The position numbers and the translations under genes were made by a program. From Acidobacteriota bacterium (GTDB lineage: Bacteria; Acidobacteriota; Blastocatellia; Pyrinomonadales; Pyrinomonadaceae): DNA of 64,000 nucleotides. The stretch lies in NCBI GenBank assembly GCA_003222975.1, contig QHXN01000028.1:13820-77819 (forward strand), read 5' to 3'. Below the pieces are notes generated by a model. That model had not been told where the DNA came from. It made no database searches and saw nothing but the letters and a program-made list of their open reading frames with translations. This document shows, one piece after another, positions 35,733 to 47,403 of this stretch. How positions within the stretch are numbered: position 1 is the stretch's first letter; each line of letters begins with the position of its first letter.

Positions 35733-38187
35733 GATGCAGTCCTTTCGTCTGCGGGTTCGCCCGCGAGCCGCGCCGGGGCTGAAGGGCACGTCTTGCCTTC
35801 TCCTGAGTTGGGGCCTGATGCGCGCCGCCGCGGGAAGAAGACGAAACAGCACAGAGAGAGTAGCGTCAGCCCGGAAGCCCAGAGCATGGCGCGGTCGAGC
35901 GTGCTGCGCGCGTAGTCGAGGTGCACTGGCCCGCGCGCGAAGGTGAGCATAAAGAACGGGGTCGCGGCGTAGATTCGATTGCCCTCGCGCGCGCGCCAGT
36001 CGGGCGAATAGGTCGTGGCGACGAGCACGGGCAGGTCTCCCGCGCCGTGCGGCGCGTCGGGCGTCAGGCTCATCTCGTTTCGACTGAGCTGCGTTTTGAC
36101 TGAAGCCCTCTCGCCGACCGAAGGACTTTCGCCGACGGCGATCTTCTCGCTCTCGAGCGCCGCGCGCACGTCACGCCACACCCGGCGGATGGAACTCCCG
36201 TCGTAATGAAATGACGGCTGAAAACTCTCGACGCGCTCGCCCGGCGGCTCCGCGAGCGGGCGCTCGACGACGTGTACATGCGGGAACTCGGAGAGCGAAG
36301 AGCGTATGCGCCGGAAAAGTGGCGCGTCGCTCGCTCGGCCAGACGCACGAAGTCCAGTTCGCCGCGCCGCCGCCCCTTGACGGAGAAGTTCGAGACGACG
36401 AGCGCCGGCCTGTAGTCGAGTACGCGCGCGCGCGGCGCTTCCCCGTCGCCGATCTCGAAGACGCTCCAATGGTCAAAGTCGTGCCGCGCCCCCACGGTCG
36501 GCTCGCGCGCGAGTTTTTCTTTCAACTCGTCTGATTCGGCAACGATGTAGCGGACGCCGAGCCAGCGCGCGCGTTCGAGCTGGCGCGCGAGCGGCTGCGC
36601 GGCGAAGTCCTGGTCGTCGGCCAGCACCGAGCTGATGCCGAAGCTGTCTTTGCCCGTCGAGACGGCGTTCGCGAGCGCGTTGAAGAAGATCGAGTTCGGC
36701 GACGCCTCTCGATAGACGACGCCCAACGCCTCGTTGCCCTGCGCGCCGAGGTACGCGTTGAGCGCGGGGCTGTCGGCGTGCAAGGGGTTGTCAATCAGGT
36801 TGAGCACCTCGACCAGGTAGCGCCCGTCCCTGTGTTCGCGCGCGAAGCGCAGCACCGCTTCGAGCCTCCGGTTCTCCTCCGGCGTGTAAAAGGTGAGGCC
36901 GCCGGTCGGTCGCGTCGCCTGGAAGATGCCGAAGGCGACGACCGCGAGTGTGACGACCGAAGCGTGACGCGCGAACGTCCACGCGCCGCGCGGCATGCGC
37001 ACCTCGACCTTGAAGAAGTCGAGCGCGGCGGCGAGCGCCACGCCGACCGGCACGGCCAGCATGAAGTTCAGCGTCGAGAGGAAGCGGAAGGCTTGCAGGG
37101 GGAACCATGGCGGCGCGACCGTGGAGGCGAAGACCACGCCCGCCGCGAGCGCGCCCGCAGTTAAAATGTACGCGCGCGCGAACTCGTTCGACCGTCTCCA
37201 CCACAGCACGACGCCGACGAAGGCGACCGCGTACCAGCCCCACAGCCAAGGCGTGACGAGACCGTCCAGGGGAATGACGAGCGGGCGCGTGACGAAATAC
37301 TCGTAGGTCGTAAACACGGGCGCGAGCCAGAAGAGGCACAGCGCCAGCGCGACGAGCGGCGTCGCGAGGTGCGTGACGAGTCGTCGCCTCGCCTCGGCGC
37401 GCGCGTCCGCGCCCGTCGCCGCGCGCAGGCTCAGCGCGTCGAACGCGAGCGTCGCGGCGACGAGCAGCACGCCCGTGAAGGCGTTGAAGAAGTTGGCGAG
37501 GACGGTCAGAGCCAGCAGGGCGCAGCTCGCCGCCGCGCGCAGCCGACTTCTTTGAGCGCGGGCATAAACGGCGTACCACGCGAGGAGGAGGACGAAGCCG
37601 AGCGGCTGCGTGTAGAAGCCCGCGACGAACGTGCTCGCGTAGTCGAGTCCGCACGTCGAGGTCTGGAAGCGCATGTTGACCAACAGCAGCACACACGCGC
37701 AGGCCGACGCAAGGGCGACCCGCGCGCTCTTGCCCGAAAGCCTCCACGCCAGGAAGCCCACGGTGGCGGGCATCAACAGCGTCGGCACGAAGAGGACGAG
37801 CTTGAACGCCGACTCGAACGAGAGCAGACCTGTCGCCGAGAGCAGGCCGACGAGCCAGTGGAAGAGCGGCGGGTAGAAATTCGGGAAAGGCATCCCCGCG
37901 AAGTACGCGTCAGTCCAGCCGAAGGTGTCGGGGAAGATTCGAGCGTTGTAGATTTGCGCGACGCCCCAGTGGCCCGACCCGTCCGTCGCGTGCGACCTCA
38001 CGCCGCGCCAGACCTCCAGCCAGAAGTTGCTCACCAGCGCGACGGGAAAAACAGTGACGAGCACAACGGGGTACAGACGCCAAACGAAGTCGAGCCACGG
38101 CGCTAACGGCTCACGCGTCCCGCGCGCGTCCGCGGCGACGACGTTCTCCCGCCGCCTTAAAGCCGCGACTTCCTGACTTGATTCCAT
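35729..38187 (-). pseudogene. large polytopic membrane protein (GT-C-like, COG5617-like N-terminus) with apparent -1 frameshift near 36325-36340
   Basis: Frame A (38187 down to about 36335) reads as good membrane protein up to ...GELDFVRLAE and then turns Arg/Ser-rich. Frame B from about 36330 reads ...APLFRRIRSSLSEFPHVHVVERPLAEPPGERVESF...LTLLSLCCFVFF as far as the stop at 35729. Confidence 0.55.
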
Positions 38188-38206
38188 CAACGATTGCCCC
38201 TCCGCC

Positions 38207-38701
38207 TCAGAGGTGTCTGAGCGCCTGCGCCGCGAAGAGCGCGAGGCTCGCGCCGCCGCCCGCGACCGTGAAGCTCCACTCGACGAGCGCGCTCCTGCGC
38301 CGCAACGCCGCGCGAATGATGACCATCCCGCACTTCCAGCCGTCCTGCTGGTAGAGCGGCAGAAGGTTCGTCGCGGCCAGTAAAAAATTCATCGCCCCGA
38401 ACCACGTGCCGCGCGCCAGCTCAGCCGCCGCGAGGTTGACGAGTACGCCCGCCAGCAGCACGAAGACCTGCCGCGACAGGCGACGCCTCTGCAACTCTTC
38501 AACGTCGAGCCGGACGTATGCCCCGACCGGCAGCGCGCGCAGGCAGAACTCGACCCCGCCATACTTGAAGCCGCCGAGGGGCGGCCCCCAGCCGATGCCG
38601 AGTTCCGTGGCTCGGACGCCGCACGCGCGCGCAGCGGCCAGATGCCCCAGTTCGTGGATGAGCATCGCGAGGACGAACCAGAAGACGTAAACGAGGATCA
38701 T
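38207..38701 (-). CDS. M50-like (site-2 protease family) membrane metallopeptidase
   Basis: I use ATG 38701: MILVYVFWFVLAMLIHELGHLAAARACG, which carries HExxH in a TM helix. A downstream ...NLLPLYQQDGW resembles the NxxPxxxLDG motif. Confidence 0.65.
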   Translation of the reverse strand: MILVYVFWFVLAMLIHELGHLAAARACGVRATELGIGWGPPLGGFKYGGVEFCLRALPVGAYVRLDVEELQRRRLSRQVFVLLAGVLVNLAAAELARGTWFGAMNFLLAATNLLPLYQQDGWKCGMVIIRAALRRRSALVEWSFTVAGGGASLALFAAQALRHL

Positions 38702-38741
38702 TTGCAGGCCCGTTCTATCCAGTTTATGAAGACCCGTCAGA

Positions 38742-38787
38742 CTGTCGAAGTCGGACTGTTGAAGCTGTCGAAATCGGATTGTTGAAT
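38742..38787. repeat. tandem 23-bp direct repeat upstream of the M50-like gene
   Basis: ctgtcgaagtcggactgttgaag (38742-38764) is followed immediately by ctgtcgaaatcggattgttgaat (38765-38787). Confidence 0.85.
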
Positions 38788-38886
38788 AAGACGTGAGGAT
38801 GGTCGGGGAGTCTTCAAAAGGGGCGCGGGGCGCGGCGTCCGGGAGCAGTCGCGACACTCTACAGCCGGGCCGCGCCTCTCTTCACT

Positions 38887-40452
38887 TCACTTCGACAACT
38901 GCGGGTCGGCGCGCAGTTGGAGGCCGGGCTGCTGTTCGTCCTGTAGAAAATCACCGACGTTGATCGCGAGCCGCTTCAGCTTCTTGTAGAGCGTCTGCCG
39001 AGAGCCGAGTCCGAGCGCGACGGCGGCGCGCGCCACGTTGTAGTCGTTGCGCCGCAGCGTCTCCGTGATGACGCGGCGCTCATAGTCTTCGAGCATGTTT
39101 TCGAGATGCGCCGAAGTGTTCTTCGCGTCGGCGGGGCGGTCTTGCGCGGACGCGGGCCGGACGCGCGGGCTGATGTCTTCGGGGCGGATGTAAGCGCCCT
39201 CGTCGGTGTAGAGCACGAGCCGCTCGATCTCGGCGGCCAGCTCGCGCACGTTGCCCGGCCAAGAGTAACTCTGGAGCACGCCGATGGCCTCGACGGTGAT
39301 CCCGGCGACGGGATGACTATTGCGCCGCGCGTAGTGTGAGAGGAAGTGTGAGATGAGCGCGGTGATGTCTTCCGGCCTTTCGCGCAGCGGCGCGACGTGA
39401 ACCGTGAGCGCGGCGACGCGGTAGTAGAGGTCTTCGCGGAACAGGCCCTCGCGCACCATCCTGAACAAATCCTTGTGCGTCGCCGCGAGCACGCGCACGT
39501 TCACCTTGCGCGGCGCACGCTCGCCGAGCGTGTGGACTTCGCCCTCCTGTAGAAAGCGCAGGAGCTTCGGCTGAAGCGACAAAGGGAGGTCGCCCACCTC
39601 GTCGAGGAAGAGCGTGCCGCCCTCCGCCGCGCGCACGAGGCCCTCGTGGTCTGTGTGCGCGCCCGTGAACGCGCCCTTGCGGTGGCCGAACAGGAGACTC
39701 TCGATGAGGTCGGCGGGCGCGGCTGTGCAGTTGAAGGGAATGAAGGGCGCTTGCGCGCGCCGGCTCAGACGGTGAACCGCGCGCGCCACAAGCTCCTTGC
39801 CCGTACCCGACTCGCCCGTGATCAGAACCGTCGAGTCGGAGTCTTTAACGCGCTCGACCGAGCGCGCAAGCTCCGTCATGGAGCGGCTCACGAAGACCAT
39901 GCCCGGCAAAGAGGCGGCTGACACTTCGGCGTGCCTGTGCGCCTTCGCGGGCCTGTGCAACTCCTCGCGCAATTGCGCGTGCGCGTGCGCGAGCCTGGCA
40001 ACGTCCGACAGCATCCCCAGCCCCGAAGCCTGCCTTGCGGTCAGCGGGCGCGCGAAGCGTCCGTAGATCGCCGCCCCTTCGCGTTGCGCGTTCGCGGCGC
40101 AGAGGACGAGGCAAATGTCGCGGTCGCCCTCATTCACTTCCGGCCCGCCTTCGGCCCCGCCCAGCACCGACTCGACTCTCGCCTCCGCCTCGGCTATCTC
40201 GTCCGGGTCAAGCCCCTCGACCCACTTCAGGTGTGAACGCTCGCCCGGCTTCTGCGCGAAGGTCGCCATGCCGTAGGTGTGTGCCGCGGCGTCAACCATC
40301 AGGGCCGCCTTGAGCATGACATCGTAGAGAATGTCCGTGTCCGTGTTGGCTGCCCTGCACAAGGCGCGCACCATTGACGCCAGCGGCAGGTTGAGCGCGC
40401 TCGACGTGTCGTTCACAGCCGTCCCGGAGTGCGACGGAGGCATGCCAGGCAT
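38887..40452 (-). CDS. sigma-54-dependent transcriptional activator (GAF-like N-domain, AAA+ core, Fis-type HTH)
   Basis: [66 protein letters not shown] and the C-terminal [24 protein letters not shown]. Confidence 0.9.
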   Translation of the reverse strand: MPGMPPSHSGTAVNDTSSALNLPLASMVRALCRAANTDTDILYDVMLKAALMVDAAAHTYGMATFAQKPGERSHLKWVEGLDPDEIAEAEARVESVLGGAEGGPEVNEGDRDICLVLCAANAQREGAAIYGRFARPLTARQASGLGMLSDVARLAHAHAQLREELHRPAKAHRHAEVSAASLPGMVFVSRSMTELARSVERVKDSDSTVLITGESGTGKELVARAVHRLSRRAQAPFIPFNCTAAPADLIESLLFGHRKGAFTGAHTDHEGLVRAAEGGTLFLDEVGDLPLSLQPKLLRFLQEGEVHTLGERAPRKVNVRVLAATHKDLFRMVREGLFREDLYYRVAALTVHVAPLRERPEDITALISHFLSHYARRNSHPVAGITVEAIGVLQSYSWPGNVRELAAEIERLVLYTDEGAYIRPEDISPRVRPASAQDRPADAKNTSAHLENMLEDYERRVITETLRRNDYNVARAAVALGLGSRQTLYKKLKRLAINVGDFLQDEQQPGLQLRADPQLSK

Positions 40453-40932
40453 AGAACCCCTTGCTGTTTATGAAAGACTGAAAGCTGCCGGAGTGAGTCT
40501 CTTTTTCACTCGGCGTGCGAGAGGGATTAACAAGGGCAAGAGGTCGTGACCGGGAAGAGTCTCGTCGAAGCGACCGGTTTGTCAGCCCCTGGAACCGACG
40601 AAGGTCTTTAGCAGTCTAGGGAATTGCCCCGACGGGTGTCAACCAATTTCATTTTCTAATGTTTTTTCAAGAAAAACCTCCTTAACTTAACTCTTACATC
40701 ACTATTCACCTGTCCGCGTCGCCTCCGTATCGCTAACTCTCGACCCGAATCATTACTCAATCGTGTTTAGCCAGCGGCCATTCTTTTCCACATCTGTGAC
40801 CATCAATTCTCCCCTCTATCCCGCTGGCAAAAAAGACTATCTCCGAGCGATGCCCTCCCTGGTCGCTTCAACAGAGAGCGATAAGTCAACAGCCGTAAGC
40901 CTGACCTAGACAAATCGGAGGTGCCCTACAGA

Positions 40933-41343
40933 ATGGCCGCGAACCCTATTTGGAATGACGCCCGACTTGCCGCACAGCGACCCGCCGCTCGCGTCCTGAC
41001 TCTTCCCTCGCCCGTACTGGAGGCGGGCGTTGAAACGTTGGGCACCCGCACAAAGATTCGGCGACGTGATCTCTCGATTCCCTCCTGGGTCGTTTTTTGC
41101 ATGATCATGCTCGCGACCTTCGCCGTCTGCGTGACCGTCACGATGCGCACCTACGCCGAGAGGGGCAGCGCCGAACGGAAGTTCGACGAGATGAACACCG
41201 ACGTGCAAAAGATTCACCAGGCCAACCTGTCTCTGCGACGGGACATCGAGCGCCTGCACAAAGACCCGTGGGCCATCGAGGCCGCGGCGCGCACGCGCCT
41301 GAACATGGTTCGCTCGAACGAGGTCGTCGTCCCGCTGGAATAG
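40933..41343 (+). CDS. ftsB: septum formation initiator family protein (FtsB/DivIC-like)
   Basis: It has a single TM segment (WVVFCMIMLATFAVCVTV), a coiled coil (KFDEMNTDVQKIHQANLSLRRDIERL) and DPWAIEAAARTRLNMVRSNEVVV. I use ATG 40933, with GGAGG 12 nt upstream. Confidence 0.75.
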   Translation: MAANPIWNDARLAAQRPAARVLTLPSPVLEAGVETLGTRTKIRRRDLSIPSWVVFCMIMLATFAVCVTVTMRTYAERGSAERKFDEMNTDVQKIHQANLSLRRDIERLHKDPWAIEAAARTRLNMVRSNEVVVPLE

Positions 41344-41447
41344 CTCCCCGCTCCCGTTCGCCGCGGCGGGTTTATCGCAATCATTTTTGCCTGACGCCCG
41401 CCGACGCCGACCCGCTCGTTTACCGCCGTTGGTTCTCCTTCCTCTAC

Positions 41448-41491
41448 GGCGCGGCTGTTCGCATTGACAAACAGCCGCGCCCCCTTTTTTT
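41448..41491 (+). terminator. rho-independent terminator after ftsB-like gene
   Basis: ggcgcggctgt (41448-41458) pairs with acagccgcgcc (41471-41481), followed by ccctttttttc. Confidence 0.75.
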
Positions 41492-41516
41492 CGGTTCGCG
41501 CGTTCGATTCAACTGG

Positions 41517-41546
41517 TTGACACCCTTCGCGGGCGTCAACTAATAT
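41517..41546 (+). promoter_or_regulatory. candidate sigma-70 promoter overlapped by a 10-bp-arm palindrome
   Basis: TTGACA (41517-41522) is followed by an 18-nt spacer and TAATAT (41541-41546). GTTGACACCC-ttcgc-GGGCGTCAAC spans the -35 box and spacer. Confidence 0.45.
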
Positions 41547-41632
41547 CGTTTTCTCGTTAATTTCTGAGACATTTCGACCACTTTGCCCCGCGCTTTGCCG
41601 GGGTGACCGGACACTGAAGCGACAGCAGATTT

Positions 41633-43315
<1,683 letters not shown>

Positions 43316-43319
43316 AAGA

Positions 43320-43440
43320 GCGTTCAGCGCTCAACCGTCAGCTCTCAGTTTTTGTCCGTTCCGCTGATGGCCCTATCCGCCGAAGCTTTCATCTTCCGAG
43401 AGAGGTCTAAGCTGAAAGCTGATTACTAACCGCTGACAGC
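43320..43440. repeat. weak heptamer-rich inverted repeat (GTTCAGC/CGTCAGC)
   Basis: gcgttcagcgctcaaccgtcagctctcag only partly pairs with ctaagctgaaagctgattactaaccgctgacagc. It fills the gap between the two mutase subunit genes. Confidence 0.4.
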
Positions 43441-43442
43441 TT

Positions 43443-43847
43443 ATGAGTGAACGAAAGATTCGCGTCCTCGTCGCCAAGCCCGGCCTCGACGGACACGACC
43501 GCGGCGCGAAGGTGATCGCGCGGGCGCTGCGCGACGCGGGGATGGAAGTCATCTACACGGGCTTGAGGCAGACGCCGGAGATGATCGCGGCGGCGGCCTT
43601 GCAGGAGGACGTGGACGCCGTGGGCGTCTCGATCTTGAGCGGCGCGCACAACACTCTCTGCCCGCGCATCGTCGAGCTTCTGCGCGAGCGCGGGATGGAC
43701 GATTGCCTCGTCATCGTCGGCGGCATCATCCCGCAGGAGGACATCCGACGACTCAAGGAACAGGGCGTCTCCGAAGTTTTTCTCCCCGGCACGTCCACCG
43801 AGAACATAGTCAAGTTCCTGCGCGAGAACGTCGGCCAGCGGACATGA
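43443..43847 (+). CDS. acyl-CoA mutase small subunit (cobalamin-binding domain)
   Basis: [35 protein letters not shown]...[13 protein letters not shown] carries the DxHxxG B12-binding signature. Confidence 0.9.
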   Translation: MSERKIRVLVAKPGLDGHDRGAKVIARALRDAGMEVIYTGLRQTPEMIAAAALQEDVDAVGVSILSGAHNTLCPRIVELLRERGMDDCLVIVGGIIPQEDIRRLKEQGVSEVFLPGTSTENIVKFLRENVGQRT

Positions 43848-44461
43848 AGACGGGCGCGCGCGACGACAGTCAACCCCCTCCCGTCATTGTTGAAGAGCGC
43901 GACGCGCTCGCCGTCATACGCATCAACCGACCCGCACAGCGCAACTCACTCTCCGTCGCAACTCTCGACGAACTTGAGCACGCCTTCGCCCGCCTGACAC
44001 AGGACGAACGAATCCGAGCAATCATCTTCACCGGCACGGGCGACGTTTTTGCCTCCGGCGCGGACATACGCGAACTGCGCGCCCTCACGCCCGACGCGGC
44101 GCGCGAGTTCGCCGCGCGCGGCCAGAGACTTTTCAACCTCATCGCGGACGCGCGGCCTCTGACCGTCGCCGCAGTCAACGGCTACTGCATGGGCGGCGGC
44201 CTCGACCTCGCGCTCGCCTGCCGCGTCCGCGTCGCCTCGCCGCGCGCGGTCTTCGCGCACCCCGGCGCGCGCCTCGGCATCATCACCGGCTGGGGCGGCA
44301 CTCAAAGACTCCCTCAACTCGTCGGCACGGCGCGCGCCATTGAGTTGTTCACCACCGCGCGCCGCGTCAACGCCGACGAGGCGCTTGAGATCGGCCTCGC
44401 CAGCCGCGTGCACGCCGACGCGCTCGCCTGCGCGCTCGAACTCGCCTCCCGCCGCAGTTGA
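43844..44461 (+). CDS. enoyl-CoA hydratase/isomerase (crotonase) family protein, short
   Basis: I use ATG 43844, which overlaps the upstream TGA as [15 protein letters not shown]...[17 protein letters not shown]...[18 protein letters not shown]. Confidence 0.8.
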   Translation: MKTGARDDSQPPPVIVEERDALAVIRINRPAQRNSLSVATLDELEHAFARLTQDERIRAIIFTGTGDVFASGADIRELRALTPDAAREFAARGQRLFNLIADARPLTVAAVNGYCMGGGLDLALACRVRVASPRAVFAHPGARLGIITGWGGTQRLPQLVGTARAIELFTTARRVNADEALEIGLASRVHADALACALELASRRS

Positions 44462-44568
44462 TCCGGCGGCATTCATAACGAAATTTTTGACCGTAATGAC
44501 TTGCGCCGACGCCCGACTTCAGGTGTGGGCGACCGGACTCTGGTTCTGGCCGGAATAATGCTGAGGAT

Positions 44569-45045
44569 TTATTCTGACTTTCGTTCGACGTAGATCGGCT
44601 CGAACGTGCGCGTGGTGTGCTCGGTGACGCTCGGCACGGGTTCGGGAAGCGCGCCCGCCCGCGCCGCGTCAAGCTCATTCGTCGTCGTCTGCTTCTTCGG
44701 AAGGCCGGCGTCGCCGGCTTTTTTAGCGGCGCCCGTGCGGCGTAGCAGCATCCAGACGAAGACGCCCTCGGTCGCGGTCAGCAACATGAAGCTCAGCAGC
44801 GTGAAGGCGATGATCAGCCCCGGGTTGAAGTCGAAGACGCTTCTCATCACCGCCAGCAGGCCGATGATGGCCCCGAGGCCGAAGACGAAGCAGCACAAAA
44901 TCGCGTTCACGAGCATTTCGGGCCGCACCTCCGACGACCTGGTGCGGGCGTCGGCCTTCGTCCCGACCAACCTTGCCCCGCAGCGATTGCAATAGTCCAG
45001 GCCCGTTGCCGCGGCAGAGCCGCACGATGAGCAGTACATCTTCAT
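44569..45045 (-). CDS. zinc-ribbon membrane protein
   Basis: MKMYCSSCGS...YCNRCGARL forms a zinc ribbon and is followed by two TM helices. I recognise no family. Confidence 0.6.
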   Translation of the reverse strand: MKMYCSSCGSAAATGLDYCNRCGARLVGTKADARTRSSEVRPEMLVNAILCCFVFGLGAIIGLLAVMRSVFDFNPGLIIAFTLLSFMLLTATEGVFVWMLLRRTGAAKKAGDAGLPKKQTTTNELDAARAGALPEPVPSVTEHTTRTFEPIYVERKSE

Positions 45046-45211
45046 TTCGCCTCCTCAACGGCGATTACGACGCGGCACGACGACAAGTTCGACGGAGATG
45101 TTCCGCCGAGAGGCGAATGCCTAACTGTGAATCATCGGAACTGAGTAAGGTCGTTGTACTTTGAGGGGCACACTCGTTGAAAGTTTCGTGCGCGGGCCGG
45201 CAGGTCGGGTT

Positions 45212-45982
45212 CTACTTTGTCTTAGTCAGGAAGCGGGCAATGCCGGCCCGGCAGTCTTCGGTCGTGCGGGCGATGGTGTTTACGTCCGCGCCCGCCTGGA
45301 GTGCGGCGTCGAAGTTCAGGCCGTCCATCTGATAGAGCAGGCGCTTGGTGAGGACGACCGCGGAGCGGCTGACCTGCTCGAACCCGGCGACGTACCTTTC
45401 AACTTTCGCCTCGAAGGCGTCGTCATCGAAGACGTGGTTGACCAGGCCGGCGCGCTCGGCCTCGGCGGCGGAAATCTCGGCCCCGCGCGTGACGAGTTCG
45501 AAGGCGCGCTTCTCCGAGACGTTGCGGCGAAGTATTGCCATGACCATCGCGGGCACGAAGCCGATCTTGACTTCGGGGTAGCCGAAGCGCGCCGAGGCGG
45601 AGGCCAGCACAATGTCGCAGGCTGTCGCCAGCCCGCAGCCGCCCGCGAGCGCGCGGCCACGAACGGCGGCGACGACGGGCACGCGCACTCTCCGTATCAG
45701 CGCGAAGAGTTCCATCAACGACTGCGCGTCTTCCAGGTTCTCGACGACCGAAGCTTCAGAAATTTTCCTGAGCGCCGAGAGGTCTGCGCCGGAGCAGAAG
45801 TCCGCGCCCGCGCCCGTGATGAGTACGGCGCGCACGTCCTCGCGCGCGTCCGCGTCGCCGAGCGACTGCTTGAGGCTGGCGACGAGCGCGTCGTTCAGCG
45901 CGTTCCGTTTCTCAGGACGGTTGAGCGTGATGAGCGCCACCGCGCCTTCGACCGCGTAGATTAAGGGACTGTTTTCTTCCAT
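45212..45982 (-). CDS. enoyl-CoA hydratase (crotonase family)
   Basis: ITLNRPEKRNALN...ITGAGADFCSGADL...AAVRGRALAGGCGLATACD. Confidence 0.88.
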   Translation of the reverse strand: MEENSPLIYAVEGAVALITLNRPEKRNALNDALVASLKQSLGDADAREDVRAVLITGAGADFCSGADLSALRKISEASVVENLEDAQSLMELFALIRRVRVPVVAAVRGRALAGGCGLATACDIVLASASARFGYPEVKIGFVPAMVMAILRRNVSEKRAFELVTRGAEISAAEAERAGLVNHVFDDDAFEAKVERYVAGFEQVSRSAVVLTKRLLYQMDGLNFDAALQAGADVNTIARTTEDCRAGIARFLTKTK

Positions 45983-45985
45983 GAT

Positions 45986-46090
45986 TCAGAGGCTAGAGGT
46001 TAGAGGTCGGAGGTCAGAGGTCAGTAAAAGCGTTGCCCTGTTTGACCGCTCGCCGCCGCGAACGCGTAACTACTGATCTCTGACCTCTGC
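45986..46090. repeat. heptamer-periodic hairpin element (CAGAGGC/TAGAGGT/CGGAGGT/CAGAGGT)
   Basis: The left arm holds five tandem heptamers (45986-46026). The distal part pairs with tactgatctctgacctctgc (46071-46090). It lies between the hydrolase stop (46095) and the crotonase ATG (45982). Confidence 0.7.
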
Positions 46091-46094
46091 TTTT

Positions 46095-46991
46095 TCATTC
46101 TTCCAGAAAACTCAACAGCGCCGCGTTGACTTCCGCCGGGAATTCCTGCTGCACCCAGTGATTGCTTTTTGCGAGGCGCACTTCGGTGTACGGCGCGTTC
46201 ACATACGCTGCGACGCCCTCGACCGTTTCGGGGACGATGGCGAAGTCGCGCTCGCCGTAGATGAAGAGGGTTGGGACGCGGACGCGCTCCTGCTTCGTGT
46301 ACCCGCCGGCCCGGAGGCGGCGACCGAGGAACGAGCCGAAATTGGCGCGGTAGTAGTTGACGGCGGCGGTCAGCGCGCCCGGCTCGCGCATGGCGGACTT
46401 GAGGACTCGGATGTCCTCGGCGTCGAACGTGCCGGGCCGCGCGGTCTTTCGGAACATCTTTTCGAGTCCGGCGAAGTCTTCGCGACTGATCCACCATTCG
46501 GGGATCGCGGGCAGTTGGAAGAAGAACATGTACCAGCTACGCAGGAGCTGACGCAAGCTGAGGTTCTTCCGCCAAACGGCGGCGGGCGGCACTTGCAGCG
46601 CGGCGAGCTTCGAGACGTAGTCCGGGTAGTGCTGCGCCACGGCCCACGCTACGACAGCGCCCCAGTCGTGCCCGACGACAGCCGCCTCGCGCGCGCCGAG
46701 GTGGCGTATCAGGCCGGTCACGTCGTCAACCAGCCTGCCGACGCGGTAGTCTTCCACGCGCGGCGGCTTGTCGCTCAGATTGTAGCCGCGCATGTCCGGT
46801 GCGACCACGCGGAAGCGCTCGCCGAGCGCCGCGAGTTGATGCCGCCAGGAGTACCAGCATTCGGGGAAGCCGTGCAGGAGGATGACGAGGCGTTGGCCTT
46901 CGCCCGCCTCCGCGTAGTGCAGCCGCACGTCGCCGACCTGCGCGTAGCCGTGGCGGACGGAGGATTCGAGATTTGTAAGAGCGTCGGTCAT
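46095..46991 (-). CDS. alpha/beta hydrolase (epoxide-hydrolase-like)
   Basis: LLHGFPECWYSWRHQ...VVGHDWGAVVA... is the HGFP plus nucleophile-elbow pattern. I use ATG 46991, whereas the track uses TTG 46997. Confidence 0.85.
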   Translation of the reverse strand: MTDALTNLESSVRHGYAQVGDVRLHYAEAGEGQRLVILLHGFPECWYSWRHQLAALGERFRVVAPDMRGYNLSDKPPRVEDYRVGRLVDDVTGLIRHLGAREAAVVGHDWGAVVAWAVAQHYPDYVSKLAALQVPPAAVWRKNLSLRQLLRSWYMFFFQLPAIPEWWISREDFAGLEKMFRKTARPGTFDAEDIRVLKSAMREPGALTAAVNYYRANFGSFLGRRLRAGGYTKQERVRVPTLFIYGERDFAIVPETVEGVAAYVNAPYTEVRLAKSNHWVQQEFPAEVNAALLSFLEE

Positions 46992-47000
46992 AAGCAATCC

Positions 47001-47061
47001 GTGATGAGTGATGAGTGATAAGACAGAGCAGCCGGGTGTTCTTTATCGCTTATCGCTCAAC
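47001..47061. repeat. heptamer-periodic inverted repeat (GTGATGA), weak pairing
   Basis: gtgatgagtgatgagtgataag pairs weakly with ctttatcgcttatcgctcaac. The stop of the 117-aa gene (47050-47052) lies in the right arm. Confidence 0.5.
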
Positions 47062-47403
47062 ACCTAAATTCAGTTCGCGTGCCTCCTCATCGGGCACGTC
47101 AATCTCCATTCTCAACAGGGCCGTCGAGAAGGTCTTGCCCTGCGCGTCGGTCATCAGCGAGAGCGTGCCGCCGCCGCCCAGAGATTCGTGCAGGAGGAAG
47201 TTGAGCGCGCCGAGGTTCGGCAGCTCGAAGCGCTCGACCTCGCCTTTGCAGATGCCGCGGAAGTGCGTTTTGACCCGCTCCGCCGTCACTTCGCGCACGA
47301 GCACGGGGTAGAACTCTTCGCGCAGCGCGATGAGGCCGACGTTGGCCGTGTCGCCTTTGTCGCCGGAGCGCGCGTGCGCGAGTTTGAGAAGTTTAATTCT
47401 CAT
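47050..47403 (-). CDS. AtuA C-terminal-domain-like small protein
   Basis: MRIKLLKLAHARSGDKGDTANVGLIA... matches, from memory, the C-terminal approximately 110 aa of full-length (about 590 aa) AtuA proteins. Its ATG overlaps the NUDIX TGA as ATGA. Confidence 0.6.
   Translation of the reverse strand: MRIKLLKLAHARSGDKGDTANVGLIALREEFYPVLVREVTAERVKTHFRGICKGEVERFELPNLGALNFLLHESLGGGGTLSLMTDAQGKTFSTALLRMEIDVPDEEARELNLGVER

Noticed and set aside
36070-36330. C-terminal approximately 90 aa of the 706-aa track ORF
   Set aside because: The tail is Arg/Ser-rich (..SSRMYTSSSARSRSRRASASRVFS..) and looks out of frame. The -1 frame is protein-like, so I interpret this as a frameshift rather than a genuine C-terminus.
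40453-40920. 470-bp AT-richer intergenic region between the sigma-54 activator gene and ftsB as a possible ncRNA or mobile remnant
   Set aside because: It is a divergent promoter region. I found no convincing ORF, repeat, tRNA-like fold or consensus promoter pair, and there is nothing specific to report.
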